The notes: a model not told the origin generated them from the sequence alone. A stretch of DNA of 64,000 nt from Nitrospirota bacterium (GCA_016208965.1 JACQXB010000037.1:110-64109); one strand, 5' to 3'. Numbered from the stretch's first letter, positions 23,964 to 34,809 are shown. Numbers and translations are program-made.

Positions 23964-25316
23964 TTATAAAATATATCTACTTAAGTCTTCATTTTTGATG
24001 ATATCTCCTAATTTTCCCTTCACATATTCCGCATCTACATTTACAAGGTCTCCATTCTTTCTATCAGGCGCCTCAAACGAGATATCTTCAAGGAGTTTCT
24101 CAAGGACTGTATGGAGCCTTCTTGCGCCTATGTTTTCGGTCTTTTCATTGACTTCCGCTGCAATTGCCGCAATCTCTTCTATTGAATCTTTTGAAAATTT
24201 TATCTTTACCTCCTCTGTTTCCAGAAGGGCCACATATTGTTTTATAAGTGCATTCCGCGGCTCCTGGAGTATCCTTATGAACTCCTCCTTCCCTAAGGCA
24301 TCAAGTTCAACCCTGATTGGGAATCTTCCCTGAATCTCGGGGATAAGGTCAGAAGGCTTCGCCACATTAAATGCACCTGCAGCTATAAAAAGGATATGGT
24401 CTGTTTTTACAGATCCATGCCTTGTTGTAACTGTTGACCCTTCAACAATGGGAAGAAGGTCCCTCTGGACACCTTCCCTTGATACATCAGGTCCGTATGT
24501 TTGCCCCCTGCTGGCTATTTTGTCAATCTCGTCTATAAATATTATCCCATTTTGCTCCGCACTCTCAATAGCCTCTTTTACTACCTTATCCATATCAATT
24601 AACTTGTTTGCCTCTTCATGAATAATGATACTTAATGCCTCAGATACCTTAACTTTTTTTCTTCTTGCCTTCTCCGGAAGAAAATTCCCCATCATTTCCT
24701 TTAAATTTATCTCCAACTCATCCATCCCGATATTTGAAACAATCCCGAAGGGTACGATCTTCTCGCGGACCTCAAGGTCTACATATCTCTGATCTAGTTT
24801 GCCCTCTTTAAATTGCGACCTTAGTTTTTCGCGGGTTTCGCTATAGCGAGCCTTCTCTTCCTCTGTTGTTGTATCCGCGGCTAATTTCCGGTTAACCCTT
24901 GGAGGTGGCAGAAGGACATCAAGTAGCCTTTCCTCTGCAAGCACCTGTGCCTTCTCATGAATCTTCTCCATGTGTTCAGTCTTAACCATATTCACTGCCA
25001 GTCCTGTGAGGTCCCTTACCATTGATTCAACATCTCTGCCAACATAACCTACCTCTGTAAATTTAGAAGCCTCTACCTTTATAAATGGTGCGCCTGCTAA
25101 TTTTGCGAGTCTTCTCGCTATCTCTGTTTTGCCTACACCTGTAGGGCCTATCATCAGGATGTTTTTTGGAAGGACATCGTCTTTCATCTCACCTGAGAGC
25201 CTCTGTCTTCTCCAGCGATTTCTAAGGGCAATAGCAACTGCCTTTTTTGCCTTATTCTGCCCTATGATGTATTTATCAAGTTCTTCTACTATTTTTCTTG
25301 GGGTAAAATTGTCCAT
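23964..25316 (-). CDS. hslU: ATP-dependent protease ATPase subunit HslU
   Basis: [16 protein letters not shown], Walker [41 protein letters not shown]. Confidence 0.97.
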   Translation of the reverse strand: MDNFTPRKIVEELDKYIIGQNKAKKAVAIALRNRWRRQRLSGEMKDDVLPKNILMIGPTGVGKTEIARRLAKLAGAPFIKVEASKFTEVGYVGRDVESMVRDLTGLAVNMVKTEHMEKIHEKAQVLAEERLLDVLLPPPRVNRKLAADTTTEEEKARYSETREKLRSQFKEGKLDQRYVDLEVREKIVPFGIVSNIGMDELEINLKEMMGNFLPEKARRKKVKVSEALSIIIHEEANKLIDMDKVVKEAIESAEQNGIIFIDEIDKIASRGQTYGPDVSREGVQRDLLPIVEGSTVTTRHGSVKTDHILFIAAGAFNVAKPSDLIPEIQGRFPIRVELDALGKEEFIRILQEPRNALIKQYVALLETEEVKIKFSKDSIEEIAAIAAEVNEKTENIGARRLHTVLEKLLEDISFEAPDRKNGDLVNVDAEYVKGKLGDIIKNEDLSRYIL

Positions 25317-25334
25317 ATGATACTTCGCCTCCGG

Positions 25335-25865
25335 TTAACTTAGTTCCTCTATAGAGATTTGTTCATTGGTATATATGCATATCTTTGATGTAATATTTAT
25401 TGCCTCTGCAACTATTTCTTTTGGCCCTAAATTTGTGTGAAGCATAAGTGCCTTTGCCGCAGCCTGCGCATAAGGCCCTCCTGAGCCGATAGCAGCGATG
25501 CCGTCTTCGGGTTCAAGTACATCTCCATTTCCTGATATGATGAAAGTGTGTTCTCTGTCCGCAACAATTAAGAGTGCTTCAAGTCGTCTCAGTATCTTAT
25601 CTGTTCTCCAATCTTTTGCAAGTTCTACCGCTGCCCTTGTTATATTCCCCCTGTAAGTTTCTACCTTTGATTCAAATTTTTCAAAGAGCGTTAAGGCATC
25701 AGCTGTTGCCCCTGAGAAACCCGCAATGATATTATCGTTATACATTCTTCTGATTTTTTTTGCATTGTGTTTGATAACAGTCTGCCCGAGAGTCACCTGA
25801 CCATCTCCGACAATAGCAACCTCATTATTTTTTCTTACACAGAGTATCGTTGTACCATGAAACAT
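25335..25865 (-). CDS. hslV: ATP-dependent protease subunit HslV
   Basis: [14 protein letters not shown] (N-terminal Thr nucleophile context), [17 protein letters not shown]. Confidence 0.95.
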   Translation of the reverse strand: MFHGTTILCVRKNNEVAIVGDGQVTLGQTVIKHNAKKIRRMYNDNIIAGFSGATADALTLFEKFESKVETYRGNITRAAVELAKDWRTDKILRRLEALLIVADREHTFIISGNGDVLEPEDGIAAIGSGGPYAQAAAKALMLHTNLGPKEIVAEAINITSKICIYTNEQISIEELS

Positions 25866-25883
25866 TGTCTTTCTCCTTTATTT

Positions 25884-25950
25884 AGTGTCAAAGTATCAAT
25901 GTATCAAAGTGTCATAGCTTTGACACTCTGACACTCTGAAGCTCTGTCAC
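25884..25950. repeat. Hairpin of GTGTCAA/TGACACT words between xerC and hslV
   Basis: agtgtcaaagtatcaatgtatcaaagtgtcatagctttgacactctgacactctgaagctctgtcac. Confidence 0.6.
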
Positions 25951-26825
25951 TTTTCTTTCGTCGCCATTGGATGCGACTTATCATAAACATCCATCATATG
26001 CGTAATGTCAACATGGGTATATCTCTGTGTTGTTGAAAGAGAAGAGTGCCCTAATAATTCCTGAATTGACCTCAGATCCGCACCCCCGTGAAGCAGATGT
26101 GTTGCAAAGGTATGCCTCAGGACATGTGGACCGACGCGGGTTTTAAGTGCGGTCATCCTGCCATGCTTTATTACTATACGTCTAATACTCCTGTCTGTCA
26201 ACCCCCCTCCTCTTTTATTAAGAAATAGTGCCTGAGATTTTTTCCTAAGCAGGGCCCTTTCAGTGAGGTAATTTTTTAGTGCCTCTACAGCCTTTGTTCC
26301 TACAGGGACAATCCGCTCTTTCTTTCCTTTTCCTTTTACCCGCACAAGTGATTCTTTTATATTAAGGTCATTCATATCGAGTGTAGTTAACTCAGATACT
26401 CTTAATCCTGATGAATAAAGGAGTTCAAGGATAGCCTTGTCTCTTAATGGAATAAAAGTATCTCCCTCTGGCGCCTCCATAAGGGAAAATGTCTCATCAA
26501 CAGTAAGAAACCTCGGGAGATGTTTTTCTAACTTTGGACTTAAGACGAGCTTTGCAGGGTTTTTTTTCATATAGCCTTCTCTGTGGAGATATTTAAATAA
26601 TGACCTGAGAGTAGCGAGCTTTCTTGCTATGGATGATTTCTTGAGTTTCCTGCTGTAAAGTGATGCAAGAAATCCCCTTATATCAAGGTTATCAATGTCT
26701 TTTGGTTTCTTATCTATAAATGAAAAAAATTCAGTCAGATCCTTGATATATGCCCTCAGAGTATGCGGGGATACATCACACTCTGCTTTCAATGAATTAG
26801 TAAACTGTTCAATGTATTTGTTCAA
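25947..26825 (-). CDS. xerC: Tyrosine recombinase XerC/XerD family
   Basis: SGLRVSE, HVLRHTFATHLL, LGHSSLSTTQRYTHV. Located upstream of hslVU, like codV in Bacillus. Confidence 0.85.
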   Translation of the reverse strand: MNKYIEQFTNSLKAECDVSPHTLRAYIKDLTEFFSFIDKKPKDIDNLDIRGFLASLYSRKLKKSSIARKLATLRSLFKYLHREGYMKKNPAKLVLSPKLEKHLPRFLTVDETFSLMEAPEGDTFIPLRDKAILELLYSSGLRVSELTTLDMNDLNIKESLVRVKGKGKKERIVPVGTKAVEALKNYLTERALLRKKSQALFLNKRGGGLTDRSIRRIVIKHGRMTALKTRVGPHVLRHTFATHLLHGGADLRSIQELLGHSSLSTTQRYTHVDITHMMDVYDKSHPMATKEK

Positions 26826-26997
26826 TTTTCAATAGAGTTAAAAGTTTAAAATTATAATTCCCTACTGTCAGTTTTGCTTTATGCAGAGTATTTACAGATG
26901 GCATATTTATCCGCCTTTCTATCTTAGAAATTATAAGATAATCAGGGGTTAATTGCAATAAAAATATCTTAGCAATTTTGCAATTAAGTGGTATTAC

Positions 26998-28392
26998 TCA
27001 TTCTATTTTTAACCCTGCCCTTTTCTCATTAGCAACAATAACGAGGATGAATTTTTCATTGTTAAGATATTTTTTCGCTACCCTCAGAACATCATCCTTT
27101 GTCACTGCATTGATATAGGCAGGATATTTGTTTATATAATCAAGCCCCAGCTCATAATATTCCATGGCGACAAGAAAGCTTGCTATCTTTTTACCTGCCT
27201 CTATCTTCATAGGAAAACTACCTGTAAGGAACGCCTTTGCATCCTGTAGTTCCGCATCTGAGACCAGCGTCTCCCTTATTCGCTTTATCTCTTTTAATAT
27301 TTCATCTGTTGCCATACTGGCAGACTCATTCTTTGTCTGAATTCCTATTTGAAAGGAACCGTTCTCTTTCTTAGCCTCAAAAAAGCTATGTATATCATAG
27401 GTAAGTCCTTTTTCATCTCTCAGGTTTTGCATAAGCCTTGAGGCAAACCCTCCTCCACCTAAGATATAATTCATTACTGAGAGAGCGTAATAATCAGGGT
27501 TATCCCTGCTTATCCCCATATGTCCAAGTATAATATTTGCCTGAGTAATGTTTTTATCAATGCTTATGGTCTTTTTGTCTTTAAGGGGTTTTGGTTTCTC
27601 AACAGATGGTATTTTAAGTTCTTTTCCCTTCCATTTTGAAAAATATTTTTTAATCAGACTTGTTGCTTCTTCAGGTGTTATGTCGCCAACCACAGACATT
27701 ATTGCATTGTTAGGCACATAATAGGCTGAATGAAAATCCTTAAGGTATCTCTGGTTTATATGGTCTAATGTCCCGGACGTGCCCTCAATTAGTCTCCCAT
27801 ATGGGTGTAAGCCAAAGAGGGCTTCTTTAAATGCCTTTTGGGCGACAAAATCAGGGTTTTCCTCGTATGACCTAAGACTGCCTTTGATGCGCTCCCTTTT
27901 CTTATCAAGTTCTTCCTGAGGGAAAGATGGACTTATAATTATGTCTGAGAGGATATCAAATCCTAAGTCCAAATCCTTTTTTAGGATAGAAAGGCTAACA
28001 GTAATATAGTCATCCCCACCTGATGTATGAAGAGATGCCCCTACAAATTCTATCTCCTCGCTTATCTCAGTGGATGTTCTTTTTTTTGTGCCCTCAGGGA
28101 GGAGTTCTGCAGTTAGATTTGCAAGCCCTGCCTTTTCTGCCGGCTCAATCAAACTGCCTCCTTTAATCCCTACTGTAACCATGACAATGGGGAGATTATG
28201 CCTTTCTACCACCATAAGGGTAAGACCATTTTCAAGGACATCTCTTTTGATTTCAATGCCCGCATAGGCAGGACTGAAATTTAAAATTAAAAATGTAAAA
28301 TGTAAAATTAGGGTAAATAAAATTATTCTCCAAGATTTTGAATAACCACAGAGGCACTGAGACACAGAGTTTTTAATAAAATTAATATTCAT
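26998..28392 (-). CDS. M16 (pitrilysin) family peptidase, non-catalytic-type subunit
   Basis: M16 fold motifs but no HxxEH (GLANLTAELLPEGT in its place). The first ~45 residues are encoded by repeat DNA (28275-28369). Confidence 0.8.
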   Translation of the reverse strand: MNINFIKNSVSQCLCGYSKSWRIILFTLILHFTFLILNFSPAYAGIEIKRDVLENGLTLMVVERHNLPIVMVTVGIKGGSLIEPAEKAGLANLTAELLPEGTKKRTSTEISEEIEFVGASLHTSGGDDYITVSLSILKKDLDLGFDILSDIIISPSFPQEELDKKRERIKGSLRSYEENPDFVAQKAFKEALFGLHPYGRLIEGTSGTLDHINQRYLKDFHSAYYVPNNAIMSVVGDITPEEATSLIKKYFSKWKGKELKIPSVEKPKPLKDKKTISIDKNITQANIILGHMGISRDNPDYYALSVMNYILGGGGFASRLMQNLRDEKGLTYDIHSFFEAKKENGSFQIGIQTKNESASMATDEILKEIKRIRETLVSDAELQDAKAFLTGSFPMKIEAGKKIASFLVAMEYYELGLDYINKYPAYINAVTKDDVLRVAKKYLNNEKFILVIVANEKRAGLKIE

Positions 28393-29863
28393 TTCCCCCT
28401 CGGTGCCTCTGTGTCTCTGTGGTTTTATCTTGATTCTTTATCGGTATTAAAATCCCCACAGTCCTTTTATCCTCTATCAGATATTTTTTGGCTATCCTCT
28501 GGACATCATCAGACGTAACCTTCCTTATTTCCTCAAGATATTTATCCTTAAGCCGCCAGCCGCCAATTGCCTCAAACATCCCAAGCATCTGTGCCTGAAG
28601 GTAAATAGAATCCTGCCCCATAATAAACTCTGCCTCAATCTGATTCTTTGCCTTCTGGACCTCTCTTTCAGAGGGTGGTTCATTTTTTATCTTTTCAATC
28701 TCCTCGTAAAGTGCCTTTTCTACTTCATCTATTGTTTTTCCGGGCAATGCCTGGGCGTATAAGTAAAACAAAAAAGGGTACTTATAAAGACTGTCATATT
28801 CAGCACCTGCTGAAAGGGCGAGTTGTTTTTCATCAATGAGGTTTTTATAAATCCTTGCGCTCTTACCTCCGGAGAGGATTTCTGCAAGGACCTCAAGTGA
28901 GGCATTATCATCACTAAGGACATTGGGCGCCTTGTATGCGATAAGAATGTAAGGCAACTCAGCCTCTTTTTTTACAATCACCCTTTTTTCTCCGTTCTGC
29001 TCGGGCTCATCTAAATTAATCTTTTTAATCTCTGGCCCTTTGGGGATATCGTTGAACTCTTTTTTTATCTTGGTTATTAGAGAGTCTTTGTCTATATTGC
29101 CCACAGCTATTATGAATGCATTGTTTGGCACATAATATTTTTTGTAATAATTATAGAGGTCATCCCTTGTAATATTCTTAATGTCTGACATCCAGCCTAT
29201 AACAGGCCTCCTGTAAGGGTGATTTTTAAATGCAGTTGCCACAACCTCTTCATAGACAAGGTTTTGAGGGTCATCTTCGTATCTAAGTCTCCTTTCTTCC
29301 ATTATTACATCCCTTTCGGAAAGGGTCTCTTTTGGGTCTAAAATCAAATTTTGCATCCTGTCTGCCTCAAGCTCTATTGAAAGATGAAGATGCTCAGGGG
29401 CAAGTTTTTGATAATAAAACACATAGTCCTTGTTTGTGCCTGCATTATCAATGCCGCCTACTCTCTGAATAATCCTTGAAAAGGTCTTTGCACCATATTT
29501 AGGTGTCCCTTTAAACATCATGTGTTCAAGCAGATGGCTTAGTCCTGTCTTTCCTACTTCTTCATTAACTGAGCCTGCATGATACCATATCTGAAACATG
29601 GAAAGAGGGGCAAAAGGGTCTTGCTGAATTATAATCTTAAGCCCGTTTGCAAGGACATCTTCTTTTACCCCGTTAGAAATAATGCCCCGTTGCTCTGCAG
29701 CGGGGTTTGTCCCGCTTAGAGATAAATCTCTAACGGGATTTAATGCCCCGCTGGAATTTCTAACGGGGTTTACAGTCTGTGCACGAAGCTGAAAGGGAAC
29801 AAGGTATGAACCGTTCTGGTTCATACCAAGGAGCAGTAATAACAGTACAATTATTTTTTTCAT
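28382..29863 (-). CDS. M16 (pitrilysin) family zinc peptidase, catalytic-type subunit
   Basis: HLLEHMMFKGT (HxxEH), signal peptide MKKIIVLLLLLLG. The residue ~14-65 linker is encoded by two palindromic element families (29666-29827). Confidence 0.85.
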   Translation of the reverse strand: MKKIIVLLLLLLGMNQNGSYLVPFQLRAQTVNPVRNSSGALNPVRDLSLSGTNPAAEQRGIISNGVKEDVLANGLKIIIQQDPFAPLSMFQIWYHAGSVNEEVGKTGLSHLLEHMMFKGTPKYGAKTFSRIIQRVGGIDNAGTNKDYVFYYQKLAPEHLHLSIELEADRMQNLILDPKETLSERDVIMEERRLRYEDDPQNLVYEEVVATAFKNHPYRRPVIGWMSDIKNITRDDLYNYYKKYYVPNNAFIIAVGNIDKDSLITKIKKEFNDIPKGPEIKKINLDEPEQNGEKRVIVKKEAELPYILIAYKAPNVLSDDNASLEVLAEILSGGKSARIYKNLIDEKQLALSAGAEYDSLYKYPFLFYLYAQALPGKTIDEVEKALYEEIEKIKNEPPSEREVQKAKNQIEAEFIMGQDSIYLQAQMLGMFEAIGGWRLKDKYLEEIRKVTSDDVQRIAKKYLIEDKRTVGILIPIKNQDKTTETQRHRGGNEY

Positions 29864-30000
29864 GCAATCTCTCCTCTATTGATATTCCCTGCGGCAAGAC
29901 CGCAGTCCCGACTCTTCGGGATAATGTAAGGATTCTTTTATTATTATATTCGCTCGCTAACCCCGTCCCGACGCTTCGGGACGGGGAATATGCTCGCTAT

Positions 30001-31011
30001 TCATTTAATCTCAAGCATCCTATCTAAAGCCTTTTTAGCAGGGATACGAATCTCCTCAGGGACATTAATCACATTGGTATGCACCAGACGGTGCATACCA
30101 TTGGTCATTGTCTGAAGTGCCCTTAAGACACTCTGAAGTGTTGTCTTTTTCATGTTAGGGCAGATCATATCTTTTCTAAGTGGATAAAATGCCTTATCAG
30201 GATTTTCTTTCTTCAGCCTGTGTAGAAGCCCTGTCTCTGTGCCTATAATGAACTCCTTTGCAGGAGATGATTTTGCAAACCTGAGCATACCTGATGTGCT
30301 TGTTACATGGTCTGCCATCTCAAGGACATCTATCCTGCACTCAGGATGGGCAATAAGGAGTGCATGGTGATATTTCTGTTTCGCCTTGAAAACATCATCT
30401 GTGGTTACCCTATCATGGACATGGCAGAAGCCATCCCATGCTATTATCTCTTTTTTTGTATTCTTTGCAATCCATCGTGCAAGATTCCTATCAGGGATGC
30501 ATATTGCCTTATCTGTATTAAGAGATTCAACAACCTTAACCCCATTTGCAGATGTACAGCATATATCACTCTCTGCCTTTACATCTGCAGTTGTGTTGAC
30601 ATATGCAACTACGGGGATTCCGGGGTGGAGTTTTTTTATGTCCCTCATAGTGAAATCAACAGGGTAGGTATATCCACCTGTATATTTATAACCAGGGAAA
30701 AAAGTCATCATATTTCTTGGTCCACTGACAGTTATCATATCAGCCATTGGACAGGTGGCACCTATTTCCGGCAGGAGGACAATTTTATCAGGTGAAAGTA
30801 TTGATGCACTTTCTGCCATAAAATTTACCCCGCAGAAGACTATCACATCACACTTTACCTCTGAGGCTGTGCGGGAAAGCTCAAGGGAGTCCCCGATAAA
30901 ATCTGCAATATCCTGCACCTCTTCCCGCTGATAATTATGGGAAAGGATTATTGCATTTCTCTCAGCTTTAAGCCTTAAGATTTTTTCCTGAAGGGCTGTT
31001 AAATCTGACAT
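30001..31011 (-). CDS. nadA: Quinolinate synthase NadA
   Basis: ILSHNYQ, VFCGVNFMAESA, CPMADMIT, VAYVNTTADVKA, LIAHPEC, TSGMLRF, IGTETGLLHRL. Confidence 0.9.
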   Translation of the reverse strand: MSDLTALQEKILRLKAERNAIILSHNYQREEVQDIADFIGDSLELSRTASEVKCDVIVFCGVNFMAESASILSPDKIVLLPEIGATCPMADMITVSGPRNMMTFFPGYKYTGGYTYPVDFTMRDIKKLHPGIPVVAYVNTTADVKAESDICCTSANGVKVVESLNTDKAICIPDRNLARWIAKNTKKEIIAWDGFCHVHDRVTTDDVFKAKQKYHHALLIAHPECRIDVLEMADHVTSTSGMLRFAKSSPAKEFIIGTETGLLHRLKKENPDKAFYPLRKDMICPNMKKTTLQSVLRALQTMTNGMHRLVHTNVINVPEEIRIPAKKALDRMLEIK

Positions 31012-31033
31012 GGCAATATTAGAGAGACTTCTA

Positions 31034-31720
31034 TCAAAACCTTGATGAGTTGGGATAGGTAAGGGGTGTATTTGTATAAAGAATGGTTCCGTCTTCGTAT
31101 ATCACCTTGTATACAATATCAGGCTTCTTAGTAGAAGATGGTGCTGGAGCCTTCCCATTATATAAGGAAAGAATCCGTTCTACATATTGTCTTGTTTCCT
31201 GTATCGGCGGTATACCGCCAAATTTTTCTACGGTATTAGGCCCTGCATTATAGGCTGCTATGGCGAGGGTAAGGTCACCATTAAATTTGTCTAAAAGATA
31301 TTTGAGGTAACGTGTCCCTCCCTCTATATTCTCTTCAGGGTCAAAGGGGTTCAACACATTCATTTCCCTGGCAGTGTACGGCATTAATTGCATTAGCCCT
31401 ATGGCGCCTTTTCTTGAAACAGCAGTTGAATCCCAGTTTGACTCTGCCTTTATTACAGCCTTAACCAGAGATGGCTCAATATTATGTTTCTGTGATTTCT
31501 CTGTTATTATTTGATGATAGCTTGAGGGACTGACTGTATTTTTAATATATCCCTTTTTACCCTCGGATATAATCTTTTTGTAGCCTTTATCAGGTGGGGT
31601 ATTTGTAAAATGGATAACTCCGTTTTCATCAACATACCTATATATATCAGCATAAGATATGGCTGCTGATGCCATGATAAGAATAAAGATACCTGTTAAA
31701 CAAAGGAGTACCTTTGCCAT
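31034..31720 (-). CDS. Lytic transglycosylase (SLT domain) with DUF4124-like N-terminus
   Basis: IYRYVDENGVIHFTNTPP, then AVIKAESNWDSTAVSRKGAIGLMQLMPYTA and AAYNAGP. Confidence 0.85.
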   Translation of the reverse strand: MAKVLLCLTGIFILIMASAAISYADIYRYVDENGVIHFTNTPPDKGYKKIISEGKKGYIKNTVSPSSYHQIITEKSQKHNIEPSLVKAVIKAESNWDSTAVSRKGAIGLMQLMPYTAREMNVLNPFDPEENIEGGTRYLKYLLDKFNGDLTLAIAAYNAGPNTVEKFGGIPPIQETRQYVERILSLYNGKAPAPSSTKKPDIVYKVIYEDGTILYTNTPLTYPNSSRF

Positions 31721-31887
31721 CTTAAAAGAAATATAACATGTATGCGATTCCCTGTCAATGATTTGTCTCTACCAAATCCCCATTTAGAAAATACTAAAAA
31801 CACTGATAAGGGAGCCCGGATTGAGAGATTTATGAGATTTTGGGTAGTAACCATGTTAAAATTAAGAAAAAATGAAAGGAAATAGTT

Positions 31888-32076
31888 ATGTGTGAAACCA
31901 ATGTCTATTTAGAGAAAGATGACAGGGAGGAGTTGTATTTAGAAAATGTAGATATTATTAGACCAGAGACAGGGAAAATCTACATGAGAAATATCTTTGG
32001 TGAGCAAAAGTCTTTTGAAGGCTCCATAAAAGAGATTTCACTTGCACAGCATAAGATCATAATTAAAGAAGGCTAA
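31888..32076 (+). CDS. CooT family nickel-binding protein
   Basis: MCETNVYL start (Cys2), 62 aa; overall pattern of CooT-like small beta proteins. Confidence 0.7.
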   Translation: MCETNVYLEKDDREELYLENVDIIRPETGKIYMRNIFGEQKSFEGSIKEISLAQHKIIIKEG

Positions 32077-32996
32077 ATTTCGTATGCTCCAGTGTGTAGA
32101 GGATAATCTGTGTTCTTGATATAGAAAATAATCAGCGAGCTTGACACCACAATCACAAGATAACTCAACAAAACATAAGAGAATATTTGATAGGGTATAT
32201 TTATTAATACGCCCACCAATGGGATAAGACTAAATGGGAAATTCAGTATAATCAGTATAAAATCTATAACCATATAGCCGCCAAATAATACCGCATAAAA
32301 CAAGATTGACCTGGGTTTATTCTTTATAAAATTAAAACTCTTTTTAAATGCAGTTATTGCCCCTGTTTTCTCCACCGATAGGATTGTCAATGCAAAAGCA
32401 GAAAGCGTGAGGACCACAAAGGTAATCAGGAGGCTGCTTCCAATAAGCAATAATGCAAAAAAATAGGCTATAAAGAGCAAAGGGAATGCCATCTTCCCAT
32501 ATATGTCTATCAGTGAAAAACCAATCCCTGAAAAGATGCCAAAGATAAAGGATATAACAATAAATACAAGCAAGAGTATTAGCGCAAAGCCAACTATTTG
32601 GGGAAAAAGGCTCTTACCCTCCTTAAAAAAAGACGAAAAACTAAACTTATACTGGGGAGCAAGGAACGAATTTCTTAATACCCCTAATGTCCCCCCAAAG
32701 GCAAACATACTTAGAATAGATACAAAACATATATAAACAATTAAAATCGTAATTATAAAGATAACAAACCAGAAATATCTTGATAGATACTCCAGAGGGT
32801 TTTTAAGGATATTCAGGAAATCTTTAGCCTGGGTTAAGTCAACCCCAAAATATACAAAGGCAATAGCGAGAGGAACCCCTACAAAGAGAATAAATCCCAA
32901 AAATATAATGAACATCGTGGCTATCTGGATTGCTATTAACTGCCAATTTTTATGGGTAAGCCTGAAACCGTCTTTGATATATTCTATAATCGTCAT
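32073..32996 (-). CDS. Polytopic membrane protein, unknown function
   Basis: 307 aa with at least 6 long hydrophobic segments. No catalytic motif recognised. Confidence 0.6.
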   Translation of the reverse strand: MTIIEYIKDGFRLTHKNWQLIAIQIATMFIIFLGFILFVGVPLAIAFVYFGVDLTQAKDFLNILKNPLEYLSRYFWFVIFIITILIVYICFVSILSMFAFGGTLGVLRNSFLAPQYKFSFSSFFKEGKSLFPQIVGFALILLLVFIVISFIFGIFSGIGFSLIDIYGKMAFPLLFIAYFFALLLIGSSLLITFVVLTLSAFALTILSVEKTGAITAFKKSFNFIKNKPRSILFYAVLFGGYMVIDFILIILNFPFSLIPLVGVLINIPYQIFSYVLLSYLVIVVSSSLIIFYIKNTDYPLHTGAYEI

Positions 32997-33093
32997 AGTC
33001 TCCTGTAATTAGTTTAGATAGGCATATGCCAAATGTCAATTAAAGATTATTTTACTTGAAAAAGCCATTCCATTACCTATAAAATTTTGCTAA

Positions 33094-33924
33094 ATGGATA
33101 TTCTTCAAGAAATATTAAGATATAAGAAGGAAAGCCTGAACCAAACCAAAAGTGACTTGCCGCTGAGAGAATTGAAAGCAAGGATAAGCAATACCCCGCA
33201 TCCCACCTCCTTTAAGATGGCTATAAAGAGGGGAAAAGATAAATCAATAAATGGCAGCACTTCTAACAGGAAGTGCTCCATAAACCTAATTGCTGAAATC
33301 AAGAGGGCATCACCTTCAAGAGGTGTTATAAAGGAGGAATTTAACTTACTAGATATTGCCAATATTTATGATAAGAAAAATGCCACTGCCATCTCGGTCC
33401 TTACAGAGGAGCATTTCTTTCAAGGCAAACTCGATTACCTCAAAGAGGTAAGAAAGGTCACAAGAAAACCCCTCCTCAGGAAGGATTTTATATTTGATGA
33501 ATATCAGGTATATGAGTCAAGGGTAGGTGGCGCAGATGCGATATTACTGATAACTGCATGTCTTGATAAATATCAATTGAATGATTTTTTGGGACTTGCA
33601 AAGGAGCTTTCCCTTGATTCACTTGTAGAAGTTCATAACTTGGAAGAACTTGGCATAGCGCTCACCTCAGGGGCAGAGATAGTAGGGATAAACAACAGGA
33701 ATTTAAAAACATTGAAGGTTGATTTGAATACTACCTTTGAGTTGCTCAAAGATATACCGCCTGATAGAATTATTGTAAGTGAAAGTGGTATAAAGACAAG
33801 AGAAGATGTTAAGAGACTTGAATTAGCTCGGGTAGATGCAATGCTTGTAGGGACAACAATTATGGAGGCTAAAGATATTAGCTCCAAAATAGATGATTTG
33901 TTAGGCATAGAAAGGAAGGAGTGA
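33094..33924 (+). CDS. trpC: Indole-3-glycerol phosphate synthase
   Basis: ILQEILRYKKE, LIAEIKRASPSRGVI, LRKDFIFDEYQVYESR, INNRNLKT, SESGI. Confidence 0.92.
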   Translation: MDILQEILRYKKESLNQTKSDLPLRELKARISNTPHPTSFKMAIKRGKDKSINGSTSNRKCSINLIAEIKRASPSRGVIKEEFNLLDIANIYDKKNATAISVLTEEHFFQGKLDYLKEVRKVTRKPLLRKDFIFDEYQVYESRVGGADAILLITACLDKYQLNDFLGLAKELSLDSLVEVHNLEELGIALTSGAEIVGINNRNLKTLKVDLNTTFELLKDIPPDRIIVSESGIKTREDVKRLELARVDAMLVGTTIMEAKDISSKIDDLLGIERKE

Positions 33925-33927
33925 AGT

Positions 33928-34809
33928 ATGAGAACCCTTATTGAAAAGGCAAATATACTGGTTGAGGCACTGCCATACATAAGAAATTTTTATGGAAAAA
34001 CCTTTGTAATAAAATATGGCGGCGCAGCAATGGTAGACGAGAAGCTTAAATGTGCATTTGCGCAGGATGTGGTATTGCTAAATTTCATAGGGATAAAGTG
34101 CGTAATAGTGCATGGTGGCGGTCCAAAGATAAACAAGATTATGACAAAGATGGGGAAAAAACCTACATTTATTCAGGGGCAAAGATTTACTGATAAAGAA
34201 ACTGTAGATATTGTTGAGATGGTGCTTGGTGGGCTTATTAATAAAGAGATAGTCTCTTTATTAAATAGCCACGGGGGCAAAGCGATTGGATTAACTGGAA
34301 AAGATGGAGGCATTATAAAGGCCAAAAAGAAGGCGGTAAAGAGAATCTCTCCTGAAACTGGAACGGCTGAGCTCATAGACTTAGGTCTTGTTGGAGTGGT
34401 TAAGCAGGTCAACCCTGAGGTGTTGCTTTCTATTGAAAAAGATGGTTTTATCCCTGTGATTGCGCCTATAGGGAGTGGTGATAAGAATACCACCCTTAAT
34501 ATAAATGCTGACTCTGTAGCAGGTGCGGTTGCCTCTGCCCTGAAGGCAGAGAAACTAATACTCCTTACAGATGTAGAAGGCATAAGAGATGAAAATGGCA
34601 ACCTAATACAAACGTTAAATAAGAAAAAGATAAACTCCCTTATTTCCAGAGAGATAATCACAGGCGGAATGCTTCCAAAGGTTGCGGCATGCCTTAATGC
34701 AATTAGATGCGGGGTCAAGAAGACACATATAATAGATGGTCGCATTCCCCATGCCATTTTGCTTGAGATATTTACCAAGAAAGGTATAGGAACAGAGATA
34801 ACAAAGTGA
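33928..34809 (+). CDS. argB: Acetylglutamate kinase
   Basis: FVIKYGGAAM, VHGGGPKI, NINADSVAGAVA, LTDVEGI. Confidence 0.93.
   Translation: MRTLIEKANILVEALPYIRNFYGKTFVIKYGGAAMVDEKLKCAFAQDVVLLNFIGIKCVIVHGGGPKINKIMTKMGKKPTFIQGQRFTDKETVDIVEMVLGGLINKEIVSLLNSHGGKAIGLTGKDGGIIKAKKKAVKRISPETGTAELIDLGLVGVVKQVNPEVLLSIEKDGFIPVIAPIGSGDKNTTLNINADSVAGAVASALKAEKLILLTDVEGIRDENGNLIQTLNKKKINSLISREIITGGMLPKVAACLNAIRCGVKKTHIIDGRIPHAILLEIFTKKGIGTEITK

Noticed and set aside
30640-30730. Possible ~20-aa insertion in NadA (VSGPRNMMTFFPGYKYTGGYTYPVDF) as another repeat element
   Set aside because: I could not find a convincing palindrome or a second copy of this DNA in the window. Without an alignment, I cannot tell it apart from a normal lineage-specific loop.
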